From NCBI GenBank assembly GCA_965243395.1, contig CBDEUS010000001.1:1120001-1184000 (forward strand): 64,000 nucleotides of DNA. Direction: 5' to 3'. The stretch is from Gammaproteobacteria bacterium (GTDB lineage: Bacteria; Pseudomonadota; Gammaproteobacteria; UBA4575). Shown here piece by piece: positions 40,488-52,243 of this stretch. The notes under the pieces were generated by a model. It did no database searches. It saw nothing but the letters and a program-made list of their open reading frames with translations, and was not told the DNA's origin. How positions within the stretch are numbered: position 1 is the first letter of the stretch; the number at the start of each line of letters is the position of its first letter. A program made the position numbers and the translations under genes.

Positions 40488-43043
40488 ATGATCGCACGTC
40501 CCCCAATTAAACATACCCCCATGATGCAACAGTATTTACGCATCAAAGCAGAATATCCAGATATGTTGCTTTTTTACCGCATGGGCGATTTCTTCGAATT
40601 GTTTTTTGAAGATGCAAAAAAAGCAGCCAAGCTTTTAGATCTCACACTCACTTCCCGCAATAAAAACTCTGCTGAAGAAATTCCAATGGCAGGTGTTCCT
40701 GTACATGCAACGGAAGGATATTTAGCCAAACTTTTAAAACTAGGTGAATCTATAGCAATTTGTGATCAGATTGGCGACCCTGCAACAAGCAAAGGTTTAG
40801 TAGAACGTAAAGTCACTCGTGTAATCACACCAGGCACCATCATTGAGGAAGAACTATTAAATAAAAATAAAGAAAATTATTTACTTGCCATCCATATTGC
40901 ACAATCCGCCTATGGCATTGCTTATTTAGACTTAAGCTCTGGTAAATTTATTTTACAAAACTGTGTAACCATTCATGAACTTCATGACGAAATTGAACGT
41001 ATTCAGCCTGCAGAAATACTCATCTCAGAAGATGCTTTAATTAATGTTGATGACAAATTTGCTACACACACGATACCCGCTTGGCACTTTGAAATAGAAT
41101 CCTCAACCAATGCTTTATGCAAACAGTTTGGCACAAAAGATTTGAGTGGATATGGCTGTGATGAATTTCCATTAGCTATATCTGCCGCGGGAGCGGTACT
41201 GCAATATGTTAAAGATACTCAAAAAACTCAATTACCACACATTAGTGGTCTACAAGTCTCTCATCAAGATGAGTATCTCTCGATTGATAGTGTGACACGC
41301 AAAAACCTTGAAATCGAAGTTTCTTCACAAGGGGATGTCAAGCACAGCCTAATTAATGTGTTAGATAAAACAGCTTCAGCAATGGGTTCCCGATGTTTGC
41401 GGACTTGGTTGAATCAGCCGACACGTAATAAAGATATTTTGATTCAACGTCATGCCGCTATATCTGAATTTTTACATTTAAATAGTTATACAGAACTTCA
41501 TAGCCTATTGAGCAATATCAAAGATATTGAACGCATACGAAGTCGTATTGCTTTACAAACTGCACAACCAAGAGATCTGGAAGCACTTCGCACTACTCTG
41601 AAATACATACCGGATATTCAACATCAATTGAATTCATACAACAGTGAACTTTTGACTGAATCAGAAAAATTACTGCACAGACATGAAAACTTAACAAAGT
41701 TCCTTGAAGATGCTTTAAATGACGAATTACCCGCCTTGATACGCGATGGCGGAGTTATAAAAACCAATTACGATCAGGAATTAGATGAGCTACGTGATAT
41801 CAGCACTAATGCAAATCAATTTTTAATTGATTTAGAACAACAAGAAAAAGCTGCCACAAAAATTACAAATTTGAAAGTCTCATATAACCGCATTCATGGT
41901 TATTATATAGAAATCCCTCGCAGTCAAGCCGCTCAAGCTCCTGAACATTACACTCGCAGACAAACACTGAAAAATACTGAACGGTATATCACGCCAGAAT
42001 TAAAAAAGTTTGAAGATAACGTATTAAGTGCCAAAGAACGTGCCTTAAAGCGTGAAAAATATTTATACGATCAGTTATTGCAAAATTTATTAAATGAATT
42101 AAATCTTATTCAAAACTGCGCAAAAGCACTCGCTCAAGTTGATGCCTTGTCAAATTTAGCCGAACGAGCCGCTAACTTAAATTATATACAACCGGATTTC
42201 ACACAAGAGAATCTTATCAATATCGAACAAGGCCGACATCCTGTGCTTGAACAGGTTCAAAACGAGCCATTTACCGCTAACGATGCAAAATTAGATGAAC
42301 AACGAAAATTACTGCTTATTACCGGGCCAAATATGGGAGGCAAGTCTACCTATATGCGCCAAATTGCACTCATTACGTGGTTGGCTTATAGCGGTAGCTT
42401 TGTTCCTGCACAGGCATGTACTATTGGACCGATTGACGCAATCTATACACGCATCGGTGCATCGGACGATCTAAGCTCTGGCCGCTCTACTTTCATGGTG
42501 GAAATGACCGAGGCGGCAAACATTCTAAACAATGCTTCAAGCAAAAGCTTAGTATTAATGGATGAAATAGGTCGAGGCACAAGCACATATGATGGTTTAT
42601 CTCTCGCATGGTCTTGCGCAGAACACCTTAGCGAACATAATCAGTCTTATTGTTTATTTGCCACACATTATTTTGAGCTTACTCAACTCGCAGAATTATT
42701 TGATCGCATACATAATGTACATATTGATGCCATTGAACATAACGGAAAAATAATATTCTTACATGCCGTAAAAGAAGGCCCTGCAAATCAAAGCTATGGA
42801 CTACAAGTAGCACAGCTTGCAGGAATTCCAAAATCGGTTATCGCCACTGCTAAATTAAAGCTAAAGCTATTAGAAACACAAGAAGCTGAAAAAAAGCCCA
42901 GTGATAATCAACTTGGGTTAGCTCTTGAAGAAGAAAGTATCCATCCAAGTGTGGAATATTTAGAAAATATTGATCCTGACGAAATGAGTCCCAAAGAGGC
43001 ATTAGAAGTTATATACAAACTAAAGTCCTTATCTGATTCCTAA
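40488..43043 (+). CDS. mutS: DNA mismatch repair protein MutS
   Basis: [40 protein letters not shown]. Confidence 0.98.
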   Translation: MIARPPIKHTPMMQQYLRIKAEYPDMLLFYRMGDFFELFFEDAKKAAKLLDLTLTSRNKNSAEEIPMAGVPVHATEGYLAKLLKLGESIAICDQIGDPATSKGLVERKVTRVITPGTIIEEELLNKNKENYLLAIHIAQSAYGIAYLDLSSGKFILQNCVTIHELHDEIERIQPAEILISEDALINVDDKFATHTIPAWHFEIESSTNALCKQFGTKDLSGYGCDEFPLAISAAGAVLQYVKDTQKTQLPHISGLQVSHQDEYLSIDSVTRKNLEIEVSSQGDVKHSLINVLDKTASAMGSRCLRTWLNQPTRNKDILIQRHAAISEFLHLNSYTELHSLLSNIKDIERIRSRIALQTAQPRDLEALRTTLKYIPDIQHQLNSYNSELLTESEKLLHRHENLTKFLEDALNDELPALIRDGGVIKTNYDQELDELRDISTNANQFLIDLEQQEKAATKITNLKVSYNRIHGYYIEIPRSQAAQAPEHYTRRQTLKNTERYITPELKKFEDNVLSAKERALKREKYLYDQLLQNLLNELNLIQNCAKALAQVDALSNLAERAANLNYIQPDFTQENLINIEQGRHPVLEQVQNEPFTANDAKLDEQRKLLLITGPNMGGKSTYMRQIALITWLAYSGSFVPAQACTIGPIDAIYTRIGASDDLSSGRSTFMVEMTEAANILNNASSKSLVLMDEIGRGTSTYDGLSLAWSCAEHLSEHNQSYCLFATHYFELTQLAELFDRIHNVHIDAIEHNGKIIFLHAVKEGPANQSYGLQVAQLAGIPKSVIATAKLKLKLLETQEAEKKPSDNQLGLALEEESIHPSVEYLENIDPDEMSPKEALEVIYKLKSLSDS

Positions 43044-43168
43044 TCGTCTTATTATTTGGAAATGTATTTTAGTTTTGATCCCGTACAGACTTTTTACAAC
43101 TTTCTGCATATTTTCACATTCGCATATATTCCCTACAATTTCCTATATATCAATTAATAACTTTAAAT

Positions 43169-43513
43169 ATGACATTTTTAGTAACAGAACCATGTATTAA
43201 ATGTAAATATACGGATTGCGTAGAGGTTTGCCCGGTAGATTGCTTTCATGAAGGTCCTAATATGTTAGTTATCGATCCTGAAGAATGCATCGACTGTGCA
43301 ATGTGTGAAACAGAATGCCCTGTAGAAGCCATTGTGAGCGAAGATGATGTAACAGATGAACAACGAGATTTTCTTGAAATCAATGAGAAATATTCGGCGC
43401 AATGGCCTGTTATTACTAGCATGAAAGCTGCACCTGAAGATGCTGATGACTGGAAAAATGTCAAAGACAAACGGCAATATATTGAATCAACATCAACGAA
43501 TAAATCAGACTAA
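43169..43513 (+). CDS. fdxA: 7Fe ferredoxin
   Basis: [18 protein letters not shown]...[12 protein letters not shown]; follows mutS. Confidence 0.95.
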   Translation: MTFLVTEPCIKCKYTDCVEVCPVDCFHEGPNMLVIDPEECIDCAMCETECPVEAIVSEDDVTDEQRDFLEINEKYSAQWPVITSMKAAPEDADDWKNVKDKRQYIESTSTNKSD

Positions 43514-43536
43514 ATAACCATTTAGAGTAAATTTAT

Positions 43537-46443
43537 TTGCACACACTGAAAAATATTCAAATTACACATTACAGTCAAAATATTCTGACTGTTGTCAGTA
43601 AAGAGCTAATCTCACAATATCATCACCTCCTACCCGACTTTAGTGAGGTCACTATATTTTTGCCCAATCTGCTTGCGCAGATGCATTTACGCGAAGAAAT
43701 TCTGAACCAAGCAGGCAAAATTGGCTATGACGCGATTTTCCCTCCAGAAATCACAACACTTCAGTCATGGTGTCGCAAACAGAATACAAACAAAAAACCA
43801 GTGTTATCACAATATGCTCGTGAACTTATTTTAGTAGATGCCATTAAACAACAACCCGACTTGTTTGCTCATGCAAACCCATGGGGAATTGCTAATGAAC
43901 TTTTATCTTTATTTGATGCTATGTTGTTGAGCAATGTCAAACCACTAGACTTCAATACATATTATCAAGGTCATAAGCCAGATCTCACACATGCTTTACT
44001 GCATGAATCTGATCTTGTCAAAGTACTGTGGGAAGCTTGGCGTGAACAAACTAGTGATGAAAATTTCATTGACCCTGTAGAAGCATATGCGAGTGTCCTG
44101 AAAAGTGTAATTACCAGCAATGAAGATATTTTCTACTGTGTAGGATTAGATAAGCTCACTAACCTTGAATGTGATTTTCTAAACCGAATCAGTAAGGAAT
44201 CTGAAGTGCTATTTTACGCTTACGGTACTGAAGCTAATTTTAATAATAGAACTGACTTGTATTTAAAAAAGTATGTAAGCACTGAAACTCAAACAACAGT
44301 TATTGAAACTTCAGATAAGAGCCCATTTACAGTTCTTTTAGATACAGTGTTTGAGGTTAGTGATCAAAGCATTAAGCAACGCGCTGAGACATATATTGAA
44401 AATTATCCTGACGATTCATTTTCAAATAAATTAAATACATATAAAACGAATAAATTCGAACAACACTGTAATGCCATCGATATACAAATTCGAATTTGGT
44501 TACATGAGAATTTAAATAAAATTGGCGTAGTTACTACTGATCGTAAGCTTGCGCGAAGATTACGAGCAATACTTGAGCATGCAAATATTACTGTTAACGA
44601 TGATGCAGGCTGGGCGCTCGCTACAACAAGTGCAGCAGTAGTGGTTGAATGGTGGTTGCAATTAATAGAAGAACAATACCCTTCAAGACAGTTAATTGCA
44701 TTAGCAAAATCGCCATTTTTTCCTAAAAATGATCCTGATCTACATCATCAGGCTGTCAATTATTTTGAAAAAGAAATTATCCTTAAATTTAATATTCATA
44801 ATGGCATTCATCGTTATCGAAATGCTATTGAAAAAATTCAGAGCTCAAAAAATAATATTGATGAAAACATCCCTGACTATTTAATCGAACTGCTTGATAA
44901 ATTTGAAAATAGCTCACAGCTGTTAGCAAAACTTCATAGCTACGAAATCTACTCTCTACATTCGTTTATATATGAGCTTATTAATAGTCTGAAGCCTATC
45001 GGGATATATACACGCTTAAATCAAGACGATGCTGGCAAACAAATCATTGAATTGTTTAAAGATCAAATAAATCACTTTAAGTTGATCGATAACCATATGA
45101 ACTGGTCTGAATGCAGAAGATTTATATCTAGAATTTTTGATCAGCAAAACTATAAGCCGCCAAAGCAGAACAATTCAGATACACACAATGTTACATTTTG
45201 CAGCCTAGAACAAAGCCGTTTACAAAAATTTGATGCGCTAATTATTGCATCAGTGGATAAAGCTCATTTTCCAGGCACGGCAAATAATTATGTATTTTTC
45301 AATGAACAAGTTCGTTCGGAATTGGGCATACCTACATGGCGTGACGATCAGGCGAGATATCTGCACCAGTTTCGCTGTCTTTTAGATTCTGCTGAGAATA
45401 TTTTGATTACAGTACAAACAGAACGAAATGGTGAAAAAACAACACCTTGCCCTTGGTTAGAAGCAATAGAAACGTTTCACTATATGGCCTATGGCAAATC
45501 CTTATCCAATCAGCAATTAGAATATTTGGTTAACGATTCGCATAGTCAAGTGCAAAAAGAGTCAGAACTACCAAATCCAGAACCATCTGCCCAACCTAAT
45601 CCCATTCCCTTAGCTGAAATTAAGCCTAATCAAATATCAATTTCGGATTATCAAAGGTTAGTGGACTGCCCATACCAATATTTTGCATTAACTTGTTTAA
45701 AGCTTTTACCCACACAAGAACTGCAAGAAGAATTAACTAAGGCAGATTTCGGCAGTTTAGTACATCAATGCATTCATACATTTTTTGCAAAAGTACCAAA
45801 CTACCCCGATCCAATCACAGAAAAAATAACACAAGAAAACCGTGAACAATGCATTACTCAATTAAACGATATAAGTCAAAAAGTGTTTTCACAGTCAGAC
45901 AGCAGCCAAAATAATGAAGGTTTTCACAATCAACTATGGTTGCAAAGATGGCTAAGTTTAATTCCAAGCTTTATTGATTGGGAAATAAAAAGACAGTTTG
46001 ATCACAAACCTATGCTTCATGAAAAAAAAGTAGAATTAAATTTCGATAATGCAAATGTTTACGGTAGGTTAGACCGCGTTGATAAATCAACGGATGGATA
46101 TTCCATTATTGATTATAAGACCGGCCAAACACCTTCAAAAATTAGCGTCTTATCGGGAGAGCAAGTTCAATTACCCATGTATGCCTTATTAAATGATTCA
46201 GATGAAAATACTTCTACCAGGCAAGTTGAGTATGTATCTATAGGCGACAAGAATACGGTTAGAAGTATTGTAAGCATTAAAGAAAATGATCTGGATGAAC
46301 TTAAACAACAACATCTCGCGCGTTTACGTTCCTTTTTTGAAGACTTAAACAAAGATGTACCATTTACCGCACTTGCTAGTGATGAAACCTGTCAGCGGTG
46401 TGATGCATTTGGCGTTTGTAGGAAAAGTTTTTGGCAAAACTAA
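43537..46443 (+). CDS. addB: AddB-like PD-(D/E)XK nuclease with Fe-S cysteines
   Basis: DRKLARR...DDAGW, CPY, GRLDRVD...IIDYKTG, QLPMY, C-terminal CxxC...C. Confidence 0.8.
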   Translation: MHTLKNIQITHYSQNILTVVSKELISQYHHLLPDFSEVTIFLPNLLAQMHLREEILNQAGKIGYDAIFPPEITTLQSWCRKQNTNKKPVLSQYARELILVDAIKQQPDLFAHANPWGIANELLSLFDAMLLSNVKPLDFNTYYQGHKPDLTHALLHESDLVKVLWEAWREQTSDENFIDPVEAYASVLKSVITSNEDIFYCVGLDKLTNLECDFLNRISKESEVLFYAYGTEANFNNRTDLYLKKYVSTETQTTVIETSDKSPFTVLLDTVFEVSDQSIKQRAETYIENYPDDSFSNKLNTYKTNKFEQHCNAIDIQIRIWLHENLNKIGVVTTDRKLARRLRAILEHANITVNDDAGWALATTSAAVVVEWWLQLIEEQYPSRQLIALAKSPFFPKNDPDLHHQAVNYFEKEIILKFNIHNGIHRYRNAIEKIQSSKNNIDENIPDYLIELLDKFENSSQLLAKLHSYEIYSLHSFIYELINSLKPIGIYTRLNQDDAGKQIIELFKDQINHFKLIDNHMNWSECRRFISRIFDQQNYKPPKQNNSDTHNVTFCSLEQSRLQKFDALIIASVDKAHFPGTANNYVFFNEQVRSELGIPTWRDDQARYLHQFRCLLDSAENILITVQTERNGEKTTPCPWLEAIETFHYMAYGKSLSNQQLEYLVNDSHSQVQKESELPNPEPSAQPNPIPLAEIKPNQISISDYQRLVDCPYQYFALTCLKLLPTQELQEELTKADFGSLVHQCIHTFFAKVPNYPDPITEKITQENREQCITQLNDISQKVFSQSDSSQNNEGFHNQLWLQRWLSLIPSFIDWEIKRQFDHKPMLHEKKVELNFDNANVYGRLDRVDKSTDGYSIIDYKTGQTPSKISVLSGEQVQLPMYALLNDSDENTSTRQVEYVSIGDKNTVRSIVSIKENDLDELKQQHLARLRSFFEDLNKDVPFTALASDETCQRCDAFGVCRKSFWQN

Positions 46444-47060
46444 TGAAAGTAAATAATTTAATGCATCTATTGGCAGTAAGCCTTTTTATAGTTTCATGTA
46501 GTAATCCAAACAAACCTCATAATGCCTTAGCAAGTGACGCAACGATTTTAGCTTTTGGCGATAGTTTGACGTATGGTGTTGGCGCCAACAAAGGTGAAGA
46601 CTATCCGTCGTTATTAGCTTCTTTTACAAATTTGAAGGTTGTTAATGCTGGTGTTCCTGGAGAGATTAGCAGCAAAGGATTAAATCGCTTGCCTTCTTTA
46701 CTTGATCAGCACAAACCCGATTTATTAATTCTGATTCATGGAGGTAATGATATTTTGCGTAAACACCCACGATCAGAACTTAAAAACAATTTAACGGCTA
46801 TGTTTGAAGAGGCAACTTCACGTGACACAGCTGTGGTTGCGCTAGGGGTTCCTGAGCCTGGGTTATTCCTAAAAAGCGCAGATGTATACCAACAGCTAGC
46901 AAACGAAACAGATGTGCCGTTTCAATTAAGTTTATTACCCGAAATAATCGGTGACAGTGATTTGAAAGCAGATATGGTACATCCTAATGCTGAAGGCTAT
47001 CATGAGATGGCAAATGGAGTTCTTGAATTTCTTGAAGACCAAGGATTCATCGAAAACTAA
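46443..47060 (+). CDS. GDSL/SGNH arylesterase (TesA-like) lipoprotein
   Basis: FGDSLT, NAGVPG, GGND, DxxHPN; lipobox IVSC. Confidence 0.9.
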   Translation: MKVNNLMHLLAVSLFIVSCSNPNKPHNALASDATILAFGDSLTYGVGANKGEDYPSLLASFTNLKVVNAGVPGEISSKGLNRLPSLLDQHKPDLLILIHGGNDILRKHPRSELKNNLTAMFEEATSRDTAVVALGVPEPGLFLKSADVYQQLANETDVPFQLSLLPEIIGDSDLKADMVHPNAEGYHEMANGVLEFLEDQGFIEN

Positions 47061-47260
47061 TTGGCCGTTGCGAGAAGCAACTTTACGGCTACGACAATAA
47101 CTAAAATAAAAATAACCGTTAGCAAAAAGCCTACTAAAATAAATTGTGCAGGGTTGCCCTGTTGAAAATCTCGGCGGCGGTTTTTATCACTTTGCACACC
47201 AAAAAAACTGGCTAGCACACTTTTGATTGTATCTAGCAAAGTTGGTCTTCCATCTTCCAT
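47057..47260 (-). CDS. DUF2970-like small membrane protein
   Basis: SVLASFFGVQSDKNRRRDF...GNP signature. Confidence 0.8.
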   Translation of the reverse strand: MEDGRPTLLDTIKSVLASFFGVQSDKNRRRDFQQGNPAQFILVGFLLTVIFILVIVVAVKLLLATAN

Positions 47261-47387
47261 ATTCTCTCCCCAAGCATTTAGGAACTTGTCAATTGAAGAG
47301 GATTAGATAACTTTTAGATATATTCCGATAGGTATTAAACACACAGCTACTTACGGCTATTTCAAAAATATTAAACTAGATGGCCAG

Positions 47388-48371
47388 CTATGCTTCTTTA
47401 TCAGCTATTACCATACAGCGAAGAGGCGCTTGATAACCTTCAATAGTTAAGCTTGGATCATCTGGGTTGAGGGCTTGATTAAGAGAATATCGAGTCATCC
47501 ATTCTGTTTGGCGTTGTTCTTCTATAGTCGTCATAGTGATATCGACTACATTAATATTCTCAAATCCCGATTCAGTCAGCCACCTTTTAAGCAAGTTAAT
47601 ATTCGGAATCATCCAAACATTACGCATATTGGCATAACGTTCATTAGGAATAAGAATATCTGCATTTTCGTCTTCAATAATTAACGTTTCCAATATCAGT
47701 TGGCCGCCAGTAGTCAATAAAGAATGAATTTGCTCAAGGTGTATGTGAGGTTCTTGGCGATGATATAACACACCCATAGAAAATATCGTATCGAATGTAT
47801 TGTGAGATTCTGGAAACTCTTCTAATGAAAAAGGTAACACAAAAGATTTTTGTTCGATTGAGGAATACTTTTGCAGTGTGTGAAATTGAAAAACATAATG
47901 CCAGCTAGGATCTATCCCCAGCACTAGTTTTGCCGCCATACCTTGCATACGAAGTGAGTAATAGCCATTACCACAACCAATATCCAATACATATTTATCT
48001 TTTAAATTAATATAAGGTGCTACACGTGACCATTTCCAATCACTACGCCATTCCGCATCAATATGTACACCAAATATATTAATTGGGCCTTTTCGCCAAG
48101 GGCATAGTTCTTTGAGTTTTTTCTCAAGAGACTCTTTTTGCTGAGCAGATATATCCCCTTCTTGACCGATAGTGATTTCATTGCAGTTAAAATCTGATCG
48201 AGATGCTTTATGAAGAGGCAGTGATTCGAGAATCTCACACCAATCATTAAAATGACCATGTCGTGGGTTTGCATATTTTTCATCTAATAGATCAGTTATA
48301 TGCTTATTTATTTTCTCAAATTTAGATTCGTTTAAAGCTAATTTGAGCTTATCACGATCTGGTGCAATCAT
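47388..48371 (-). CDS. cmoB: tRNA U34 carboxymethyltransferase
   Basis: PWRKGP, IDAEWRSDWKW, LDIGCGNGY, SMGVLYH, RYANMRNVW. Confidence 0.95.
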   Translation of the reverse strand: MIAPDRDKLKLALNESKFEKINKHITDLLDEKYANPRHGHFNDWCEILESLPLHKASRSDFNCNEITIGQEGDISAQQKESLEKKLKELCPWRKGPINIFGVHIDAEWRSDWKWSRVAPYINLKDKYVLDIGCGNGYYSLRMQGMAAKLVLGIDPSWHYVFQFHTLQKYSSIEQKSFVLPFSLEEFPESHNTFDTIFSMGVLYHRQEPHIHLEQIHSLLTTGGQLILETLIIEDENADILIPNERYANMRNVWMIPNINLLKRWLTESGFENINVVDITMTTIEEQRQTEWMTRYSLNQALNPDDPSLTIEGYQAPLRCMVIADKEA

Positions 48372-49102
48372 TTTATTGCCAAATAAGTTACGAAATTTAA
48401 ATATTTTATCAATACCGAAACTTCAGAAAACCCTGAATGACGCAAACGATCAACATGCTGCTCATGAGTATCGCGAATTAATACATTCTCTAAAGATTCC
48501 CTCTTTTGGCTAATTTCAAGTTCACTGTAATCGTTTAGACGCTTGAAATTTTCATGCAATCTTTGCATCAGTTTATCTTCTTCTTTGTCTTGATAAGTAA
48601 TTTTTTCAGATAAAAGCAACGCACCGCCCGGATTCAAACCTGTATAAATTTTCTTTATTAAATCATTTCGTTTTGAGCGTTGGATAAATTGCAAAGTGTA
48701 GTTAAGAATTACAAATGAAGCATTTTTGATATCGATATTTGCAATATCACTCAAAATTACTTTGATCATTGCTTCCAGATCTTGGTTTACAATCCTTTCT
48801 TGTAACTGATTCACCATAGCATCTGAATTATCTACAGAATAAATTTGTATATTCTTATATATACTGGATTTAGCAATAGTGATTGATGCTTCACCAAGTG
48901 AGCATCCTAAATCATAAATATGAGTATTTTGTTGGAGGAATTGATTCGCAATGACGGGCAATAATTGATTCAAAGCTATGTAGCCAGGAACAGATCTCTT
49001 GATCATATCCTCGAAAACATTTGCTACATCCTCATCAAAAACAAAGTCGTTGACTTCATTTTTCTTATTAGCATATATGCGATCTTTTTCAGAGCGGCTC
49101 AA
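48368..49102 (-). CDS. cmoA: Carboxy-S-adenosyl-L-methionine synthase
   Basis: FVFDEDVANVFEDMIKRSVPGY, YDLGCSLG, NYTLQF, YSELEISQKR. Likely TTG start at 49102. Confidence 0.95.
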   Translation of the reverse strand: MSRSEKDRIYANKKNEVNDFVFDEDVANVFEDMIKRSVPGYIALNQLLPVIANQFLQQNTHIYDLGCSLGEASITIAKSSIYKNIQIYSVDNSDAMVNQLQERIVNQDLEAMIKVILSDIANIDIKNASFVILNYTLQFIQRSKRNDLIKKIYTGLNPGGALLLSEKITYQDKEEDKLMQRLHENFKRLNDYSELEISQKRESLENVLIRDTHEQHVDRLRHSGFSEVSVLIKYLNFVTYLAIK

Positions 49103-49115
49103 AACTATTTGAATA

Positions 49116-50759
49116 TTACTGTTCGGAAATATAACTATGTTCTCGTGTAGCGCGAAACTCAATATTGGGCCACTTTTCCACTGCCATTTGTAGGTTTACA
49201 CGAGTTGGTGCGATATATACCAATTCTTCGCCATGATCCAATGCAAGGTTTGTCTCTACTTTACTTTTAAACTTGCTAAGTTCTTTTGCATCCTCACAAT
49301 TAATCCATCTTGCGGTCTGGACATTCACGGCTTCAAATTTGCACTCAACATTGTACTCATGCTTTAAACGATGCTGTACGACCTCAAATTGCAAGACACC
49401 CACAGCGCCTAATATCAAATCATTATTCGTGATGGGTCGAAATAATTGAGTAGCACCTTCTTCACAAAGCTGTATAAGTCCTTTCAGTAACGCCTTCATT
49501 TTTAAGGGATCTTTTAATTGAGCGCGACGAAAAAGCTCCGGTGCAAAATTTGGAATTCCTGTAAATGCCAATTTCTCACCCTGTGTGAATGCATCACCTA
49601 TGCGAATGGTTCCATGATTATGCAAACCAATAATATCGCCAGGATAGGCACGATCCACTTGTTCACGTTCTTTAGCAATGAATGTTAATGCATCACTAAT
49701 TTTTACATCACGATTCAGGCGTACATGCTGTAGTTTCATACCTTTTTGAAAACTGCCTGAACATATACGTAAAAATGCTAAACGGTCGCGATGATTAGGA
49801 TCCATATTGGCTTGTATTTTAAATACAAAGCCTGAAAATTTTTCTTCATCAGCAGAAACATTCCTAGATTCAGAATCTGAATCACTCGTTTTCTGTACAT
49901 TGGCTTTCTGAACACTGGCTTCTCTAGGTTGAGGTGCTGGCGCATACTCGACGAATTTATCCAATAGCTCAGCTACACCAAAATTATTAATTGCAGAGCC
50001 AAAAAATACAGGCGTCATTTCTCCTTTTAGATAAGCATCTTGATCGAACTCATGACTCGCACCCTGCACAAGTTCAATTTCATCTCTCAGCTCTTGCGCC
50101 TGGTCCCCTAAAAGTTCATCCAAACGTGGATTATCCAAACCTTCAATCATTTCGCCTTGTTTTATTTTGCCTTTATGATTTGGATCATAAAGATGAACCG
50201 AATCGTTTATTAAATGAAACACGCCTTTAAATAATTTCCCCATACCAATTGGCCAAGTTATAGGCGCACATTTAATTTTTAAAACACTTTCAACTTCATC
50301 AAGCAGCTCAATTGGTTCACGACCATCACGATCAAGCTTATTAATGAACGTTATGATTGGTGTATCGCGCAAGCGACACACTTCCATGAGCTTAATTGTT
50401 CGTTCTTCAACACCTTTAGCGTTATCAATTACCATTAACGCAGAATCAACTGCTGTGAGAGTACGATATGTGTCTTCAGAAAAGTCTGCATGCCCAGGTG
50501 TATCTAATAAGTTTACTATTCGATCCTTATAATCAAACTGCATCACTGAACTTGTAATGGAGATACCTCGTTGTTGCTCCATCTCCATCCAATCGGAAGT
50601 TGCATGACGGGCAGCTTTTCTTCCTTTAACAGAACCGGCTAATTGAATTGCACCACTGAAAAGTAACAATTTTTCGGTAACCGTAGTTTTGCCTGCATCA
50701 GGATGCGAAATAATTGCAAAAGTCCGACGCCGGGCAGTTTGTTGTTGATGTTCACTCAC
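49116..50759 (-). CDS. prfC: Peptide chain release factor 3
   Basis: [26 protein letters not shown]. Confidence 0.98.
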   Translation of the reverse strand: MSEHQQQTARRRTFAIISHPDAGKTTVTEKLLLFSGAIQLAGSVKGRKAARHATSDWMEMEQQRGISITSSVMQFDYKDRIVNLLDTPGHADFSEDTYRTLTAVDSALMVIDNAKGVEERTIKLMEVCRLRDTPIITFINKLDRDGREPIELLDEVESVLKIKCAPITWPIGMGKLFKGVFHLINDSVHLYDPNHKGKIKQGEMIEGLDNPRLDELLGDQAQELRDEIELVQGASHEFDQDAYLKGEMTPVFFGSAINNFGVAELLDKFVEYAPAPQPREASVQKANVQKTSDSDSESRNVSADEEKFSGFVFKIQANMDPNHRDRLAFLRICSGSFQKGMKLQHVRLNRDVKISDALTFIAKEREQVDRAYPGDIIGLHNHGTIRIGDAFTQGEKLAFTGIPNFAPELFRRAQLKDPLKMKALLKGLIQLCEEGATQLFRPITNNDLILGAVGVLQFEVVQHRLKHEYNVECKFEAVNVQTARWINCEDAKELSKFKSKVETNLALDHGEELVYIAPTRVNLQMAVEKWPNIEFRATREHSYISEQ

Positions 50760-50845
50760 GGAAAATAGACGAATTAAATAAACAAAGCGCGCGATTATAG
50801 CGAACCCTGAGAGGTTCCTATAGTACTCAAGAAGTAGGTTTTGTA

Positions 50846-50967
50846 TAAAACGATAGATTTTTTCTCAAGATGAAGCGTATTGTTTTCAAAAAACGGAGTT
50901 TACTAGCGAGAAAATGAGTATTTGCGAAAACAATACAACGAAATATTGAGGAAAAAGATACGTTTTA
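50846..50967. repeat. ~120-bp imperfect palindromic (MITE/ERIC-like) element
   Basis: TAAAACG...CTCAA...GTATTGTTTTC...GAAAACAATAC...TTGAG...CGTTTTA. Confidence 0.55.
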
Positions 50968-51429
50968 GAGAGATTTGGCGAGAATGACGGCGTCTTCCCT
51001 ACCCACTTTAGCAGGATAATAATCCCGCCTTATGCCTATTTCGTTAAATCCTTCAGAAAAATACAGCGACAATGCGTTTAAATTCGAGGGTCGTACCTCT
51101 AAAAAGGCGGTATCTGCTTTTCGCGCTTGAGCAATAATTAATAATTGATGCAAGAAACGGCGACCTATTCCTTGACCCTGTAGTTCTGGATCAATGCAAA
51201 TGTTTAAGATATGACATTCTTTTACTGCCAAAGACATTACTGCATAACCTGCAACATGATGATCAATTTCAATTACCCAGCATGAATAACCAAATCGCAT
51301 ACAGTCATGAAAAATTCCTTCAGACCAAGGAAAATCATAACTCTTGTTCTCTATATCTATGACCGCACGCAGATCATATTCCGTCATTAGACGGTAAGTT
51401 TCAGCGGGATAATCAAATACAGCACTCAT
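50965..51429 (-). CDS. rimI: Ribosomal protein S18 alanine N-acetyltransferase
   Basis: FPWS, HILNI, QGQGIG, FLEVRPSN, RRDYYP...EDA. Confidence 0.95.
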   Translation of the reverse strand: MSAVFDYPAETYRLMTEYDLRAVIDIENKSYDFPWSEGIFHDCMRFGYSCWVIEIDHHVAGYAVMSLAVKECHILNICIDPELQGQGIGRRFLHQLLIIAQARKADTAFLEVRPSNLNALSLYFSEGFNEIGIRRDYYPAKVGREDAVILAKSL

Positions 51430-51478
51430 AATGAAAAGTATAGATGATTATTTAATTGTAAGCTCAATAAAAATGTTA

Positions 51479-52207
51479 TTAGGCTGAATTTTCAGTCTGA
51501 AGTGAATACACCTGCATGGCAAATTTTAAGTCTTCCCATGCTTTACGCTTTTGTTGCGGGCTTCTCAATAAATAAGCTGGATGGTAGGTGGCAACCACAG
51601 GTATGCCAGTGTTTTGATACATGTATTGCTGGCCTCGCATTTTACCGATCGGTGTATCGGTATTCAGCAACGACTGAGCCGCAATTCTTCCAACAACTAA
51701 AATAATTTTTGGTTGAATAAGCTCAATTTGCTGTCGCAAATAAGAACTACAATGATTCACTTCATCTGCTTGTGGATCACGGTTATTTGGCGGTCTACAT
51801 TTCAAAATATTTGCAATAAATACTTCTTCACGAGCCAAACCCATAGCGCGCAACATACTAGTTAACAACTGACCGGCACGACCAACAAATGGTTCACCCA
51901 AACGATCTTCATCAGCACCGGGCGCTTCTCCAATGATTAACCACTCAGCAGCAGGATGCCCAACACCAAATACCGTTTGTGTGCGTGATCGATGCAAATC
52001 ACATAAAGTACATTCCGAAACAACTCTTTTTAACTCATCCAAACTTTGCGCAACTTTTATTTGCTCTTCGTCAAGTTGTTTTGAAACTACTTCATTATTA
52101 GTCGAAGCATTTTGTTCATCACTAACCTTCTCGATTACGGATTGATTAGAAACCCACGCCTGAATCCCCATCTGGTCTAAGTAGTAAAGACGTTTTTCCT
52201 CATTCAT
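51479..52207 (-). CDS. Family-4 uracil-DNA glycosylase
   Basis: [31 protein letters not shown]. Confidence 0.93.
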   Translation of the reverse strand: MNEEKRLYYLDQMGIQAWVSNQSVIEKVSDEQNASTNNEVVSKQLDEEQIKVAQSLDELKRVVSECTLCDLHRSRTQTVFGVGHPAAEWLIIGEAPGADEDRLGEPFVGRAGQLLTSMLRAMGLAREEVFIANILKCRPPNNRDPQADEVNHCSSYLRQQIELIQPKIILVVGRIAAQSLLNTDTPIGKMRGQQYMYQNTGIPVVATYHPAYLLRSPQQKRKAWEDLKFAMQVYSLQTENSA

Positions 52208-52243
52208 AACAAAACTATCAAAATGATTTACTACGTATGCGTT

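Noticed and set aside
49103-49162. 47-nt prfC/cmoA overlap
   Set aside because: Artefact of the start call; TTG at 49102 removes the overlap.
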